Assembly: GCA_927407015.1 (NCBI GenBank)
Contig: CAKMJT010000006.1
Coordinates: 2,153-66,152, forward strand
DNA: 64,000 bases
Direction of reading: 5' to 3'
Origin: an uncultured Proteiniphilum sp.
GTDB taxonomy: Bacteria; Bacteroidota; Bacteroidia; Bacteroidales; Dysgonomonadaceae
Shown here piece after piece: positions 12,412-21,795 of this stretch. A model generated the notes under the pieces. That model was not told the origin of the DNA. It ran no database searches and was given only the letters and a program-made list of their open reading frames with translations. Numbering within the stretch: position 1 is the first letter of the stretch; each line of letters starts with the position of its first letter. The position numbers were made by a program, and so were the translations under genes.

Positions 12412-14253
12412 ATGTGCGGAATTGTTGGATATATTGGAAACAGGGAGGCCTATCCCATTTTGATGAAAGGGCTTCACAGGCTTGAGTATCGTGGCTATGA
12501 CAGTGCAGGGATTGCATTGATTGATCAGGACAAGCTGAAAGTATACAAAGCAAAGGGAAAAGTATCGGATCTGGAACTCTTTGCCGAACAAAAAGATATC
12601 TCCGGTACGATCGGGATAGCGCATACCCGCTGGGCAACGCATGGTGAACCTACACAAACCAATGCGCACCCTCATTTTTCACAATCGGAAGAAATTGCCA
12701 TCATTCACAACGGTATCATAGAAAATTATTCTGTTTTGAAAGAAGGGTTGATCAAAGAGGGTTTTCATTTTCAAAGTCAGACAGATACCGAAGTGCTGGT
12801 GCAATTGATCGAATATATGAAAAAGAGCAATGACACCGACCTGCCCACAGCCGTACAACTTGCGCTGAATCAGGTGGTAGGAGCCTATGCCATTGCCGTT
12901 TTAGACAGACATCATCCCGATATGATTGTGGCTGCCAGGAAAGGAAGCCCACTGGTGATCGGAATCGGAGAGGGAGAATATTTTATCGGCTCCGATGCCA
13001 CCCCGATTATAGAGTACACGAACAAAGTGATTTACGTGGGTGACGAAGAGATCGTCACGATCAGAAGGAATGAGCCGTTGAAGATCAAAACCATCGGGAA
13101 TGTAGAAAAGAGCGCTCAGATCCACAAGCTGGAGATGACACTCGGCCAGCTCGAAAAGGGAGGGTATCCTCATTTTATGCTCAAGGAGATTTTCGAACAG
13201 CCTCATACGCTGAGTGACTGTATGCGGGGCAGGGTGAATGTCGATTCCGACAACATCACCCTGGCCGGTTTTATCGACAACAAAGAGAAGTTTCTGAACG
13301 CCAAACGAATCATCATCACGGCCTGCGGTACTTCATGGCATGCAGCCCAGATCGGGATGTATGCCATTGAAGAGTATGCCCGTATACCGGTGGAGGTGGA
13401 GTATTCCTCTGAATTCCGCTACAGAAAACCGGTGATTAACGAGGATGATATTGTCATTGCCATCTCTCAATCGGGAGAAACGGCCGATACACTGGCGGCG
13501 GTAGAGCTGGCCAAACAGAAGGGCGCCTTTATTTTTGGCATCTGTAATGTGGTGGGGTCCTCCATCCCCAGGAATACCCATTCGGGATGTTATACCCATG
13601 TGGGTCCCGAGATCGGAGTAGCGTCGACCAAGGCATTTACCGCACAGGTGACGGTCCTGACCATGCTGGCGATACTGATAGGGAAAGAAAAGGGAACGAT
13701 TTCCCACGGTGAATATCTGAAACTAATCAGGGAGTTGAGTCTCATACCCGATAAGGTGGGTGAGGTCTTACAAAAAAATGAACAGATTGCCGAACTGGCC
13801 AGGAGTTTTACCTATGCAAGCAACTGTATCTACCTGGGACGGGGATACAACTTCCCTGTTGCCCTGGAGGGAGCCTTGAAATTGAAAGAGATATCCTATA
13901 TCCATGCCGAGGGGTATCCTGCCGCAGAGATGAAGCATGGACCGATAGCCCTCATCAGCAATGAGATGCCGGTCATTGTGATTGCCACGCAATCGGATAC
14001 CTACGAAAAAGTAACCAGCAATATACAGGAAATCAAAGCCCGTAAAGGCAGGATCATTTCGGTCGTTACAGAAGGTGATGAGGTGATCAGACTTCTTTCC
14101 TCCCACAGCATCGAAGTACCTGAAACCATTCCCTGTCTGGCACCTTTGCTTTCGGTCATCCCACTGCAACTGCTGGCTTATCATATCGCCGTGGTAAAAG
14201 GGTGCGATGTGGATCAGCCGCGCAACCTGGCAAAATCGGTCACGGTAGAATAA
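12412..14253 (+). CDS. glmS: glutamine--fructose-6-phosphate aminotransferase (isomerising)
   Basis: Starts MCGIVGY (N-terminal nucleophile Cys). 613 aa with two SIS domains ('ISQSGETADT'). C-terminus is 'NLAKSVTVE'. Confidence 0.97.
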   Translation: MCGIVGYIGNREAYPILMKGLHRLEYRGYDSAGIALIDQDKLKVYKAKGKVSDLELFAEQKDISGTIGIAHTRWATHGEPTQTNAHPHFSQSEEIAIIHNGIIENYSVLKEGLIKEGFHFQSQTDTEVLVQLIEYMKKSNDTDLPTAVQLALNQVVGAYAIAVLDRHHPDMIVAARKGSPLVIGIGEGEYFIGSDATPIIEYTNKVIYVGDEEIVTIRRNEPLKIKTIGNVEKSAQIHKLEMTLGQLEKGGYPHFMLKEIFEQPHTLSDCMRGRVNVDSDNITLAGFIDNKEKFLNAKRIIITACGTSWHAAQIGMYAIEEYARIPVEVEYSSEFRYRKPVINEDDIVIAISQSGETADTLAAVELAKQKGAFIFGICNVVGSSIPRNTHSGCYTHVGPEIGVASTKAFTAQVTVLTMLAILIGKEKGTISHGEYLKLIRELSLIPDKVGEVLQKNEQIAELARSFTYASNCIYLGRGYNFPVALEGALKLKEISYIHAEGYPAAEMKHGPIALISNEMPVIVIATQSDTYEKVTSNIQEIKARKGRIISVVTEGDEVIRLLSSHSIEVPETIPCLAPLLSVIPLQLLAYHIAVVKGCDVDQPRNLAKSVTVE

Positions 14254-14377
14254 TTCCAGGGATCAATAGGACCCATTGTCTTTTGCTTTTACAGATATTT
14301 TATATCTTTGGGTACACATTACCCTAAGCCGTTTAAAGTTGTTATTTCAATCAAAAACAACAATAATTAAGCTTTAC

Positions 14378-16654
14378 ATGGACTCAATTTATTTAATCAT
14401 TGTCATTATTCTGTTAGGGTTGGCAACATTGGACCTTATTGTGGGTGTTTCCAACGATGCCGTCAACTTCCTCAATTCCAGCATTGGTTCAAAGGTGGCT
14501 CCCCTTTGGGTTATATTCACAGTGGCCTCCCTGGGTGTTTTAATCGGAACCTTGTTTTCGAGTGGAATGATGGAAGTAGCCCGAAGCGGCGTTTTCTATC
14601 CGGAAAAATTTACCTTCCCGGCAATTATGACGCTTTTCCTCGCGGTGATGCTCACTGATGTGATCCTGCTGGACCTCTTCAACACCTTCGGATTACCCAC
14701 CTCCACAACAGTCTCACTGGTTTTCGAGCTGCTGGGTGCTGCGGTGGCCGTCGCCCTTTTTACGTTATGGACCAGCCATAGTGGTGAGCAGCTGGGCGAT
14801 TACATTAACAGCGGAAAAGCCCTGGCCATCATTTCCGGGATATTTATTTCCATTGCGGTTGCATTTGTCGTAGGTAGCATCGTCATGTATCTGTCCAGAC
14901 TGATCTTCTCTTTCAATTACGGCAAAACATTCAAGTTTCTGGGAGCGATCTGGAGTGGCCTGGCACTAACGGCCATTACCTATTTTGCCATTTTCAAAGG
15001 TTTAAAGGGTAGTGTACTCTTATCGACAGAGATACTCGGTTATCTGGAGAGCAACATGAATACTGCCCTGCTGTATACCTTTACGGGATGGACTATTCTG
15101 ATGGCAATTCTGCAGCATCTTTTCCGCGTTAAGATATTGAAAATCATTGTGCTGGCAGGAACGGCCGCTCTGGCCATGGCTTTTGCCGGTAACGACCTGG
15201 TGAATTTTATCGGAGTCTTCATGGCCGGATTTGACTCATTTCAAATTGCTCGTGAGGTGGCAACCGCCGGTGGCAATATCGATCTGTTATACATGGGTAA
15301 ACTGTCTGAACCGGTAGTTGCCAATATGGGATGGCTGCTGGGAGCCGGTTTGATCATGGTGCTTGCGCTCTGGTTCTCCAAAAAATCGAGGACTGTCACC
15401 GAGACAGAGGTGAATCTGGCACGCAAAGGGGAAGGGATCGAACGTTTTTCCTCATCTCCCCTCTCCCGTTCCATGGTAAGAGGCAGCCTTACGATCAGTA
15501 AATCGATCGATAAATTCACTCCCTCCCCGATAAGAAGATTTATCGAGAATCGTTTTGAGCCGGTAGCACTCGAGAACAGAGCATCGTTCGATTTAATCAG
15601 AGCGTCTGTCAATCTCACCATCGCTGCTTTGCTCATTTCACTCGGTACCTCCCTGAAGTTACCCCTCTCTACCACCTATGTGACTTTTATGGTGGCCATG
15701 GGAACCTCGCTTGCCGACCGTTCCTGGGGACGGGAAAGTGCCGTGTACAGAATAAACGGCGTGCTTACCGTTGTGGCCGGATGGCTGATGACAGCGCTGA
15801 TTGCTTTCTCCGCATCCATGCTCATCGGGCTGTTCCTGATGTGGGGAGGTAAGATTGCGATTGCCGCGATGATATTGCTGGTTGGTTTCATTCTCTTCAA
15901 ATCAGGAAGACTGCATACGAAAAGAAAAAGCAGGGAAGAAAAGCAACAACAGGTCCTTTCGAGTGAAATGCAGCTGGTAACCTCGTGCAACGAAGATGTA
16001 CGGCTAGTGCTGGATAAAACGCTGCACATCTATAAAAATATGCTGGACGGACTGAAAGATGAAAACCGCAAAACGGTGAAAAAAGCGATGAACGAGGCCT
16101 ATGACCTGTATGAGAGATTCAAGGACAAACGCACCTATGAGGTGGTACCCACCATAGAAAGGATGCAGATGAACGCTTTGGATCTGGAACAGGATTACGT
16201 ACAGCTGGTGGATTATTCCTACGAAATTACCAAATCGCTGAATGCGATCAGTGAAGCAACTTTCCGGTATATCGACAATAATCACACCGCCTTCACCAAA
16301 GAGCAGATCGATGATTTAAAGACGATTTACAAAGTGCTCTCCGAAGCATTCAACAGCTACTACCAGATGGACAAAGAGGGTGATTACACTCATTTCGCCG
16401 ATGTGACCACCATGCGTGAGACTATCTTTGAACTCTATTCAAAATTGAACAAACGTCAGATCAAACGCGTGAAAGCCAACGAATCGACCACCCGCAGCAG
16501 TATTCTGTTCCTGAACCTGGTGAATGAGTCCAAGATCATCACCCTGCAGTCGAGCAACCTGATGAAATCACACCGCAACTTCAAGGAGAACTATGCCAAG
16601 GCAGGCCCCGATGTGAATGCCAATACGCTGATAAAGGAAATAACGTTGAATTAA
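14378..16654 (+). CDS. inorganic phosphate transporter, PiT/PHO4 family, with long C-terminal cytoplasmic helical domain
   Basis: Start chosen at the ATG at 14378 (MDSIYLIIVIILLG); the track ORF extends upstream without support. Two PHO4 repeats are present: 'VGVSNDAVNFLNSSIGSKVA' and 'AGNDLVNFIGVFMAG'. Many TM segments. Confidence 0.8.
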   Translation: MDSIYLIIVIILLGLATLDLIVGVSNDAVNFLNSSIGSKVAPLWVIFTVASLGVLIGTLFSSGMMEVARSGVFYPEKFTFPAIMTLFLAVMLTDVILLDLFNTFGLPTSTTVSLVFELLGAAVAVALFTLWTSHSGEQLGDYINSGKALAIISGIFISIAVAFVVGSIVMYLSRLIFSFNYGKTFKFLGAIWSGLALTAITYFAIFKGLKGSVLLSTEILGYLESNMNTALLYTFTGWTILMAILQHLFRVKILKIIVLAGTAALAMAFAGNDLVNFIGVFMAGFDSFQIAREVATAGGNIDLLYMGKLSEPVVANMGWLLGAGLIMVLALWFSKKSRTVTETEVNLARKGEGIERFSSSPLSRSMVRGSLTISKSIDKFTPSPIRRFIENRFEPVALENRASFDLIRASVNLTIAALLISLGTSLKLPLSTTYVTFMVAMGTSLADRSWGRESAVYRINGVLTVVAGWLMTALIAFSASMLIGLFLMWGGKIAIAAMILLVGFILFKSGRLHTKRKSREEKQQQVLSSEMQLVTSCNEDVRLVLDKTLHIYKNMLDGLKDENRKTVKKAMNEAYDLYERFKDKRTYEVVPTIERMQMNALDLEQDYVQLVDYSYEITKSLNAISEATFRYIDNNHTAFTKEQIDDLKTIYKVLSEAFNSYYQMDKEGDYTHFADVTTMRETIFELYSKLNKRQIKRVKANESTTRSSILFLNLVNESKIITLQSSNLMKSHRNFKENYAKAGPDVNANTLIKEITLN

Positions 16655-16685
16655 TTGGTAAAAAAAAGAGACAGACAGAATCGGA

Positions 16686-17492
16686 TCAATCAGTTCCTGG
16701 CTTATCTCCTGTGATCGTTATTGACACGACAGCTGTATTGCTGCTCTTAAAGGATTCCATTTCTTTGCCGTGAAGATATTGGTCCAATATATCATCGGGA
16801 ATGCGTATCTCCTTTTCTTTTTGAATTTTCACGGCAACAAACCCGGCTCTTTCCACAAATCCCAGATAATCATTTTTCTGAATTGCACCGGCAATACACC
16901 CCACATATAGCTCAACCGCTTCACGGAGCGACCGGGGCAGTTCTCCTACCAATACAATATCAGAAATACAAAAGTGGCCGCCCGGTTTAAGCACCCTGTA
17001 AATCTCGGTGAAGACCTTATTCTTGGAGGGAAGCAGGTTGAGCACACAATTGCTGATGACCACATCGGCTGAGTCAGATTCAACAGGGATGTTTTCGATA
17101 TCACCCTGACGAAACTCAATGTTCGCAAAGCCGCGCCGGGAAACATTCTTTTTCGCTTTGGCAATCATTTCAGGAGAAAAATCGATCCCAATCACCTGGC
17201 CTGATTCCCCTGTTCCGGCACGCGCAACAAAACAGTCGTTTCCTGCACCTGAGCCAAGATCCACAACGAAGTCACCCTCCTTTATGGCTGCAAACTCAGT
17301 AGGTAAACCACATCCCAATCCTAAATCGGCACCCGCATCATAGCCGCTGAGCCGGCTATAATCCTCATTCATGATGGAATATACCTTGTCATCACCACAA
17401 CAACCTGAACCACAACAGGATGATTCATTTACTTGCAGCGCGATGGCACTGTATTTTCTCTTTACGATCTCTTTCATTCCCTTGTTATCCAT
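16686..17492 (-). CDS. arsM: SAM-dependent methyltransferase, arsenite methyltransferase (ArsM)-like
   Basis: Cys cluster 'SSCCGSGCCGDDK', SAM motif I 'VVDLGSGAGNDCF', 'VIGIDFSPEMI', 'VISNCVLNL', and a third Cys region 'GGHFCISD'. Confidence 0.7.
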   Translation of the reverse strand: MDNKGMKEIVKRKYSAIALQVNESSCCGSGCCGDDKVYSIMNEDYSRLSGYDAGADLGLGCGLPTEFAAIKEGDFVVDLGSGAGNDCFVARAGTGESGQVIGIDFSPEMIAKAKKNVSRRGFANIEFRQGDIENIPVESDSADVVISNCVLNLLPSKNKVFTEIYRVLKPGGHFCISDIVLVGELPRSLREAVELYVGCIAGAIQKNDYLGFVERAGFVAVKIQKEKEIRIPDDILDQYLHGKEMESFKSSNTAVVSITITGDKPGTD

Positions 17493-17751
17493 ACACTTTG
17501 ATCCAATGATTATTCAGACACGATGCCAATGTTAGTTACAGGTTCTCATGATCTTATGAACTAATGGGATAAGAATCCAAAAAACCAGTTCGCAAATTTA
17601 CGAACAATCGTTGTCAATAAAAAATTTTTTGTATTATATTTGTGCATCAATGGTTGCAGAAATCGGGAGATTTTTTTCAGACAGACAGCCGTCAAAGTGA
17701 AAAGAAACCGGTTATCTGCGATTCATACAGAACGATTATGACAAAAATAAA

Positions 17752-18546
17752 ATGAATAAAAGCATATTTCATATTGCAGGAATGGACTGCCCCGGCGAAG
17801 AGCAATTAATCAGAATGAAGCTGAAGGATGAGGCACAGGTAAAATCGCTGGAATTTGATCTTTTCGACAGAAAACTGACGGTCTATCACGATGCTAATCC
17901 CGACCTGGTATTGTCTGCACTGGATGAGCTGAACCTCAGAACCTCACTGCTCTCAACGGAGGAGAGTAATGCCACGGCTGAAACCGATACATACAGCAAC
18001 CAGCGGAAGGTGCTCTGGGCGGTGCTATTGATCAACTTTCTCTTCTTCGGGCTGGAGATGGTGTCTGGTATATTATCCAATTCAATGGGACTGGTTGCGG
18101 ACAGCCTGGATATGCTCGCCGACAGTTTTGTATATGCTCTGGCTCTTATTGCAGTTGGCGGAACCCTTGCAAGGAAAAACAATATCGCTAAAATGACCGG
18201 ATACTTCCAGTTACTGCTGGCACTGTCCGGTCTCTTCGAGGTGATCAGACGTTTCGCCGGTTTTGAAAGAATGCCCGATTTCCAGACAATGATCGTTATT
18301 TCCATCCTGGCCCTGATCGCCAACGCGGTATCTCTCTATCTTCTGCAGCGAGACAAAAGCAGGGAAGTACATATCCGGGCTATCATGATCTGTACCTCCA
18401 ACGATGTGATCATCAATGCCGGAGTGATTCTGGCAGGGGTGATGGTTCACTGGCTCCATTCAAGCTACCCCGACCTGATTATCGGGGCAATTGTGTTTGT
18501 CATTGTGGCGAGAGGAGCCTACAGAATTCTGAAACTGGCCCGGTAG
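17752..18546 (+). CDS. HMA-like domain fused to a cation diffusion facilitator (CDF) transmembrane domain
   Basis: N-terminal 'IFHIAGMDCPGEEQLIRMKLKD...LTVYHD' has the HMA fold but only one Cys. CDF TM blocks follow: 'GILSNSMGLVADSLDMLADSFVY' and 'MICTSNDVIINAGVI'. At 264 aa there is no room for the usual C-terminal cytoplasmic CDF domain. Confidence 0.7.
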   Translation: MNKSIFHIAGMDCPGEEQLIRMKLKDEAQVKSLEFDLFDRKLTVYHDANPDLVLSALDELNLRTSLLSTEESNATAETDTYSNQRKVLWAVLLINFLFFGLEMVSGILSNSMGLVADSLDMLADSFVYALALIAVGGTLARKNNIAKMTGYFQLLLALSGLFEVIRRFAGFERMPDFQTMIVISILALIANAVSLYLLQRDKSREVHIRAIMICTSNDVIINAGVILAGVMVHWLHSSYPDLIIGAIVFVIVARGAYRILKLAR

Positions 18547-18640
18547 ATACGGCATTCCCCTTTTTTACCACATCCGCCCAACATACAAAAAAAAGTTTGC
18601 CGGCCAGGGCAAACTTTCACTATGACGATATAACCGGTGT

Positions 18641-19003
18641 CTATTTCTGCAGCAAACCAATACTTATCTTCTGACTTTTGTACAAATCAACCTCCAGTAA
18701 AACAGGCTCGTAGGAGATCAATTCTACCACCAACTCATGTTTGCCTGGTTTTACATCCTTGATGATGAAATTTCCGTCGAGGTCTGAATAATATTTTTTC
18801 CCGTCTACCACAATAGCAGCACCAGCGAGAGCTTCTTTATTCTTTTCATCTATAACTGATCCGGTCAGTTGTAACGCGTTCACGTTTTCAACAAGGGCAA
18901 CCGATTTGGATTCCTTTTCCTTTTTTTCGTTATTGTTGTCAATGCCTGCGAATGCAGATACAGAGAGCAATAATGAGGCTACGAGAACTAATACTGATTT
19001 CAT
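18641..19003 (-). CDS. secreted carboxypeptidase-regulatory-like (CarboxypepD_reg) domain protein
   Basis: Start taken at the ATG at 19003, which gives signal peptide MKSVLVLVASLLLSVSAFA. 'LTGSVIDEKNKEALAGAAIVVDGKKYYSDLDGNFIIKDVKPGKHELVVELISYEP' is the CarboxypepD_reg pattern. Confidence 0.7.
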   Translation of the reverse strand: MKSVLVLVASLLLSVSAFAGIDNNNEKKEKESKSVALVENVNALQLTGSVIDEKNKEALAGAAIVVDGKKYYSDLDGNFIIKDVKPGKHELVVELISYEPVLLEVDLYKSQKISIGLLQK

Positions 19004-19115
19004 TTTTATTTCTTTTTGTATGTTTAACTGCCACAAAGGTAGGAACATATAAGAACAAAGCTGTTACGTTTTGGTGAAGTTTTTGTTAAGATTTGATGGC
19101 GATGTCGCATCGGTA

Positions 19116-19601
19116 TCAGTATCTTTTCTCGTCCACCATCTCCCCTTTCTCGTCCCACATCCGCCAGATACCGGTTTTTTTGCCTTCATAATAGTTCATT
19201 TCATAGCGCTGATTGCCCAGCTCATCCCAGATACGCCACGTACCGTGTTTTTGTCCGTTCTTGTATTCGGCTTCGGAAATTAGTTGTCCCGACACATCAT
19301 AGCTTCTCCATAAACCGTGCAGTTTTCCATCCTTGTAAGAACGTATCTCCTGGGGTTTGCGATTCTCAAAATAGACAATATAGGGGCCTTCGGGCAAACC
19401 GTCACTGATTTGCATTTCCATCTTGACGGTACCATTTTCGTAATACTCACGGTAATCGCCTGTGTAGAAACGGGTTTGCGCTTTATCTTCATAATAAAAG
19501 CCGTCACTGAAATAAATGGTAGGGTTATGCTGTTTTTGCTCCTGTGCAGTCAGTGCAATAACGAGGCATAACAGGAATGATGTCATTAGTACATTTTTCA
19601 T
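19116..19601 (-). CDS. MORN-repeat-variant / YwqK-family protein, secreted
   Basis: Signal peptide plus repeated 'Y.ENG....E..Y.DG..HG.W..Y' units (YYENGTVKME, YKDGKLHGLWRSYD, YKNGQKHGTWRIWD, YYEGKKTGIWRMWD). Confidence 0.75.
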   Translation of the reverse strand: MKNVLMTSFLLCLVIALTAQEQKQHNPTIYFSDGFYYEDKAQTRFYTGDYREYYENGTVKMEMQISDGLPEGPYIVYFENRKPQEIRSYKDGKLHGLWRSYDVSGQLISEAEYKNGQKHGTWRIWDELGNQRYEMNYYEGKKTGIWRMWDEKGEMVDEKRY

Positions 19602-19795
19602 CTGTTTTTATTTTTTTGGTTGTTCAAGTTCATTAGCAACAATACGGTGTAATAAAGAGCAAAAGAATTACTACCTCACTACAAATGTAGAAAAATAATT
19701 AATTATGCTGAACTTTTCCGGTTTACTTTAAAAAATATCCCGCAATGTTTCTATTACGGGATATTTTACATAAAATAAAACAATCGTTTATTTAC

Positions 19796-21757
19796 TTATT
19801 GAAACCAGCTCCAGGCAGAAATATCGAGTTTACCTTTCTGATAAGGACCTGTCAATGTGGCGGCAAGACCTTCGATCAATACGTTGGTGAGAGGTCCGGC
19901 ATTGGGCATATCTACCAGTATGGAGTACCCTTCCAGATAGACATTGGTCATGGTGGCACCCGACTGTTTTTTAAACTGTAATGCAATACCTGAAGGAGCA
20001 GATGCGTGAGAATTGATTGCTGTCAGATTCACTATTTTAGGATTATTATTCACGCCATCCGCTTCTACCACCGTCGAGAAATTATTGATGGTATGCTTTA
20101 CATAGGCATTCGTCACAGTACCATTCCATCCTTCTGTCCAGTCGATGGCATCATCTTCGTTGTTCTCCAGGTAGAGGTTCTCTACGGAAACTGTACCGCC
20201 AAAGAACTCCACACCATCGTCGGCTCCTTTGATCACAGCTACATTCTTAATCTCAGTACCTGATCCCACTGCATACAGGGTTAAGCCGTTGTATTCAGAT
20301 TCAGTATTGATTTTGGCGCCTGATCCTTTTATTACCAGGTAATTAATTTTTCCGGAATTGTCTACGTTGTTCGTTCCGCCATATTTGAAGTTACCCACTT
20401 CGGCAGTGGCATCCACACCGGCAGTGGTAGTCGCCCTGCCACAGATGGTCAGTCCGCCCCAGTCTTGCGGTTGCGCATTGGGAGAGGTCATGACCACAGG
20501 TTTATCGGATGTTCCCTGAATATCAATCTGCGCTCCCATCATGACAGCAAGATAAGTTTCCGTTGCCTGTCCTTCGGCAGCTACAGCCAAAATACGGGTT
20601 CCGGCAGGAATAGTCAATTTGCCGGTTTCAACGATATAGGAACCTGTCAGTCTGTAAGCTTTACCTGGATCCAATGTTACGTTGCCGTTCTGCTTTCCAT
20701 TCAGCACCACAATCTCCACGGCACTGGCTTCAGCCCATGTCCAGGAAGAGGGATTTACCGTGGGTGCTGCGTCGTAAGCATTATCGTGGCTTGCAGCCTG
20801 TCCCTCAATAATCACATTGGCTAGGGGACCGTTGTTGGGCATATCAATGATTACGTCGTAACCCAATAAGGATAATCCGGTAATGGTTGCTCCAGACTCT
20901 TTCTTGAACTGCAGTGCTTTACCACCCGTGGTTGAAACAGCTGTGAGGTTTACCAGTTTGGGATTTTTATTTATGCCGTCTGCTTCCACAACCGTAGAAA
21001 ATCCGTCAATCGTGTGTTTCACATATGCATTCGTCACAGTACCGTTCCATCCCTCTGTCCAATCAATGGCGTCGTCTTCGTTATTTTCAAGGTACATGTT
21101 TTGAACAGATACGGTACCTCCAAAGAATTCGACTCCGTCGTCCGCACCATTGATCACAGCTACATTGCTGATTTGGGTACCTGTACCCACTGCATAAAGG
21201 GTCAATCCGTTATATTCCGATTCGGTATTGATCTTTGCTCCGGAACCTTTGATCACGAGGTAGTTGATCGTTCCTGAGTTGTCAGTATCATTGGTACCTC
21301 CATACTTGAAATTACCCACCTCAGCCGTAGCATCCACACCGGCGGTAGTAGTAGCCCTGCCACAGATGGTCAGTCCGCCCCAGTCCTGCGGCTGTGCATT
21401 GGGTGACGTCATCACCACGGGATCATTCGCCGTTCCGTTGACCATGATTTTGCCATCCATCATGACTGCAATGTAGGTCTCTGTTTCCTGTCCCTGTGAT
21501 GCACTGGCAATGATCTGCGTTCCTGCAGGGATCGTTAATGTAGCACCTGCGTCAACAATAAACTGACCGGTTAAACGGTAACTTGTAGAGGCATTCAAGG
21601 TATAGTTTTCTTTCAATACCCCTTTCATTTCACCATTCTCAAGCAGCTCAATCACCGGATCTGTTTCCGGTAGAGGATCCTCTCCGTCGCAACTGACGAA
21701 TACAAAGAGTGATGTAATCATCACTAAGATTCCTGATAATAAAACATTTTTTTTCAT
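19796..21757 (-). CDS. surface lipoprotein with two tandem ~307-aa beta-helix-like repeats (family not recognised)
   Basis: The track start at 21784 is TTG. The ATG at 21755-21757 gives the lipobox MKKNVLLSGILVMITSLFVFVSC followed by the acidic DGEDP. The body consists of two near-identical halves. It ends 11 nt downstream of the TonB-dependent receptor stop. Confidence 0.8.
   Translation of the reverse strand: MKKNVLLSGILVMITSLFVFVSCDGEDPLPETDPVIELLENGEMKGVLKENYTLNASTSYRLTGQFIVDAGATLTIPAGTQIIASASQGQETETYIAVMMDGKIMVNGTANDPVVMTSPNAQPQDWGGLTICGRATTTAGVDATAEVGNFKYGGTNDTDNSGTINYLVIKGSGAKINTESEYNGLTLYAVGTGTQISNVAVINGADDGVEFFGGTVSVQNMYLENNEDDAIDWTEGWNGTVTNAYVKHTIDGFSTVVEADGINKNPKLVNLTAVSTTGGKALQFKKESGATITGLSLLGYDVIIDMPNNGPLANVIIEGQAASHDNAYDAAPTVNPSSWTWAEASAVEIVVLNGKQNGNVTLDPGKAYRLTGSYIVETGKLTIPAGTRILAVAAEGQATETYLAVMMGAQIDIQGTSDKPVVMTSPNAQPQDWGGLTICGRATTTAGVDATAEVGNFKYGGTNNVDNSGKINYLVIKGSGAKINTESEYNGLTLYAVGSGTEIKNVAVIKGADDGVEFFGGTVSVENLYLENNEDDAIDWTEGWNGTVTNAYVKHTINNFSTVVEADGVNNNPKIVNLTAINSHASAPSGIALQFKKQSGATMTNVYLEGYSILVDMPNAGPLTNVLIEGLAATLTGPYQKGKLDISAWSWFQ
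19850..21643. repeat. intragenic tandem duplication, period 921 nt (307 codons)
   Basis: For example, 'cacagatggtcagtccgccccagtc' begins at 20440 and again at 21361. The protein blocks 'VVMTSPNAQPQDWGGLTICGRATTTAGVDATAEVGNFKYGGTN', 'INYLVIKGSGAKINTESEYNGLTLYAVG', 'GADDGVEFFGGTVSV' and 'YLENNEDDAIDWTEGWNGTVTNAYVKHTI' each occur twice. Confidence 0.9.
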
Positions 21758-21795
21758 TGTTCTGATGTTTAATAATGTTGTCAATAAGTTTAGCT

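Noticed and set aside
14276-14377. N-terminal extension of the phosphate-transporter ORF in the track. The same issue applies to 47328-47468 (GH172c), 21758-21784, 4801-4812, 40015-40020, 43117-43125 and 46268-46273.
   Set aside because: The extensions start at TTG or lack signal-peptide logic. Some overlap the preceding gene. An internal ATG gives a canonical signal peptide or first TM helix, so the shorter starts were used.
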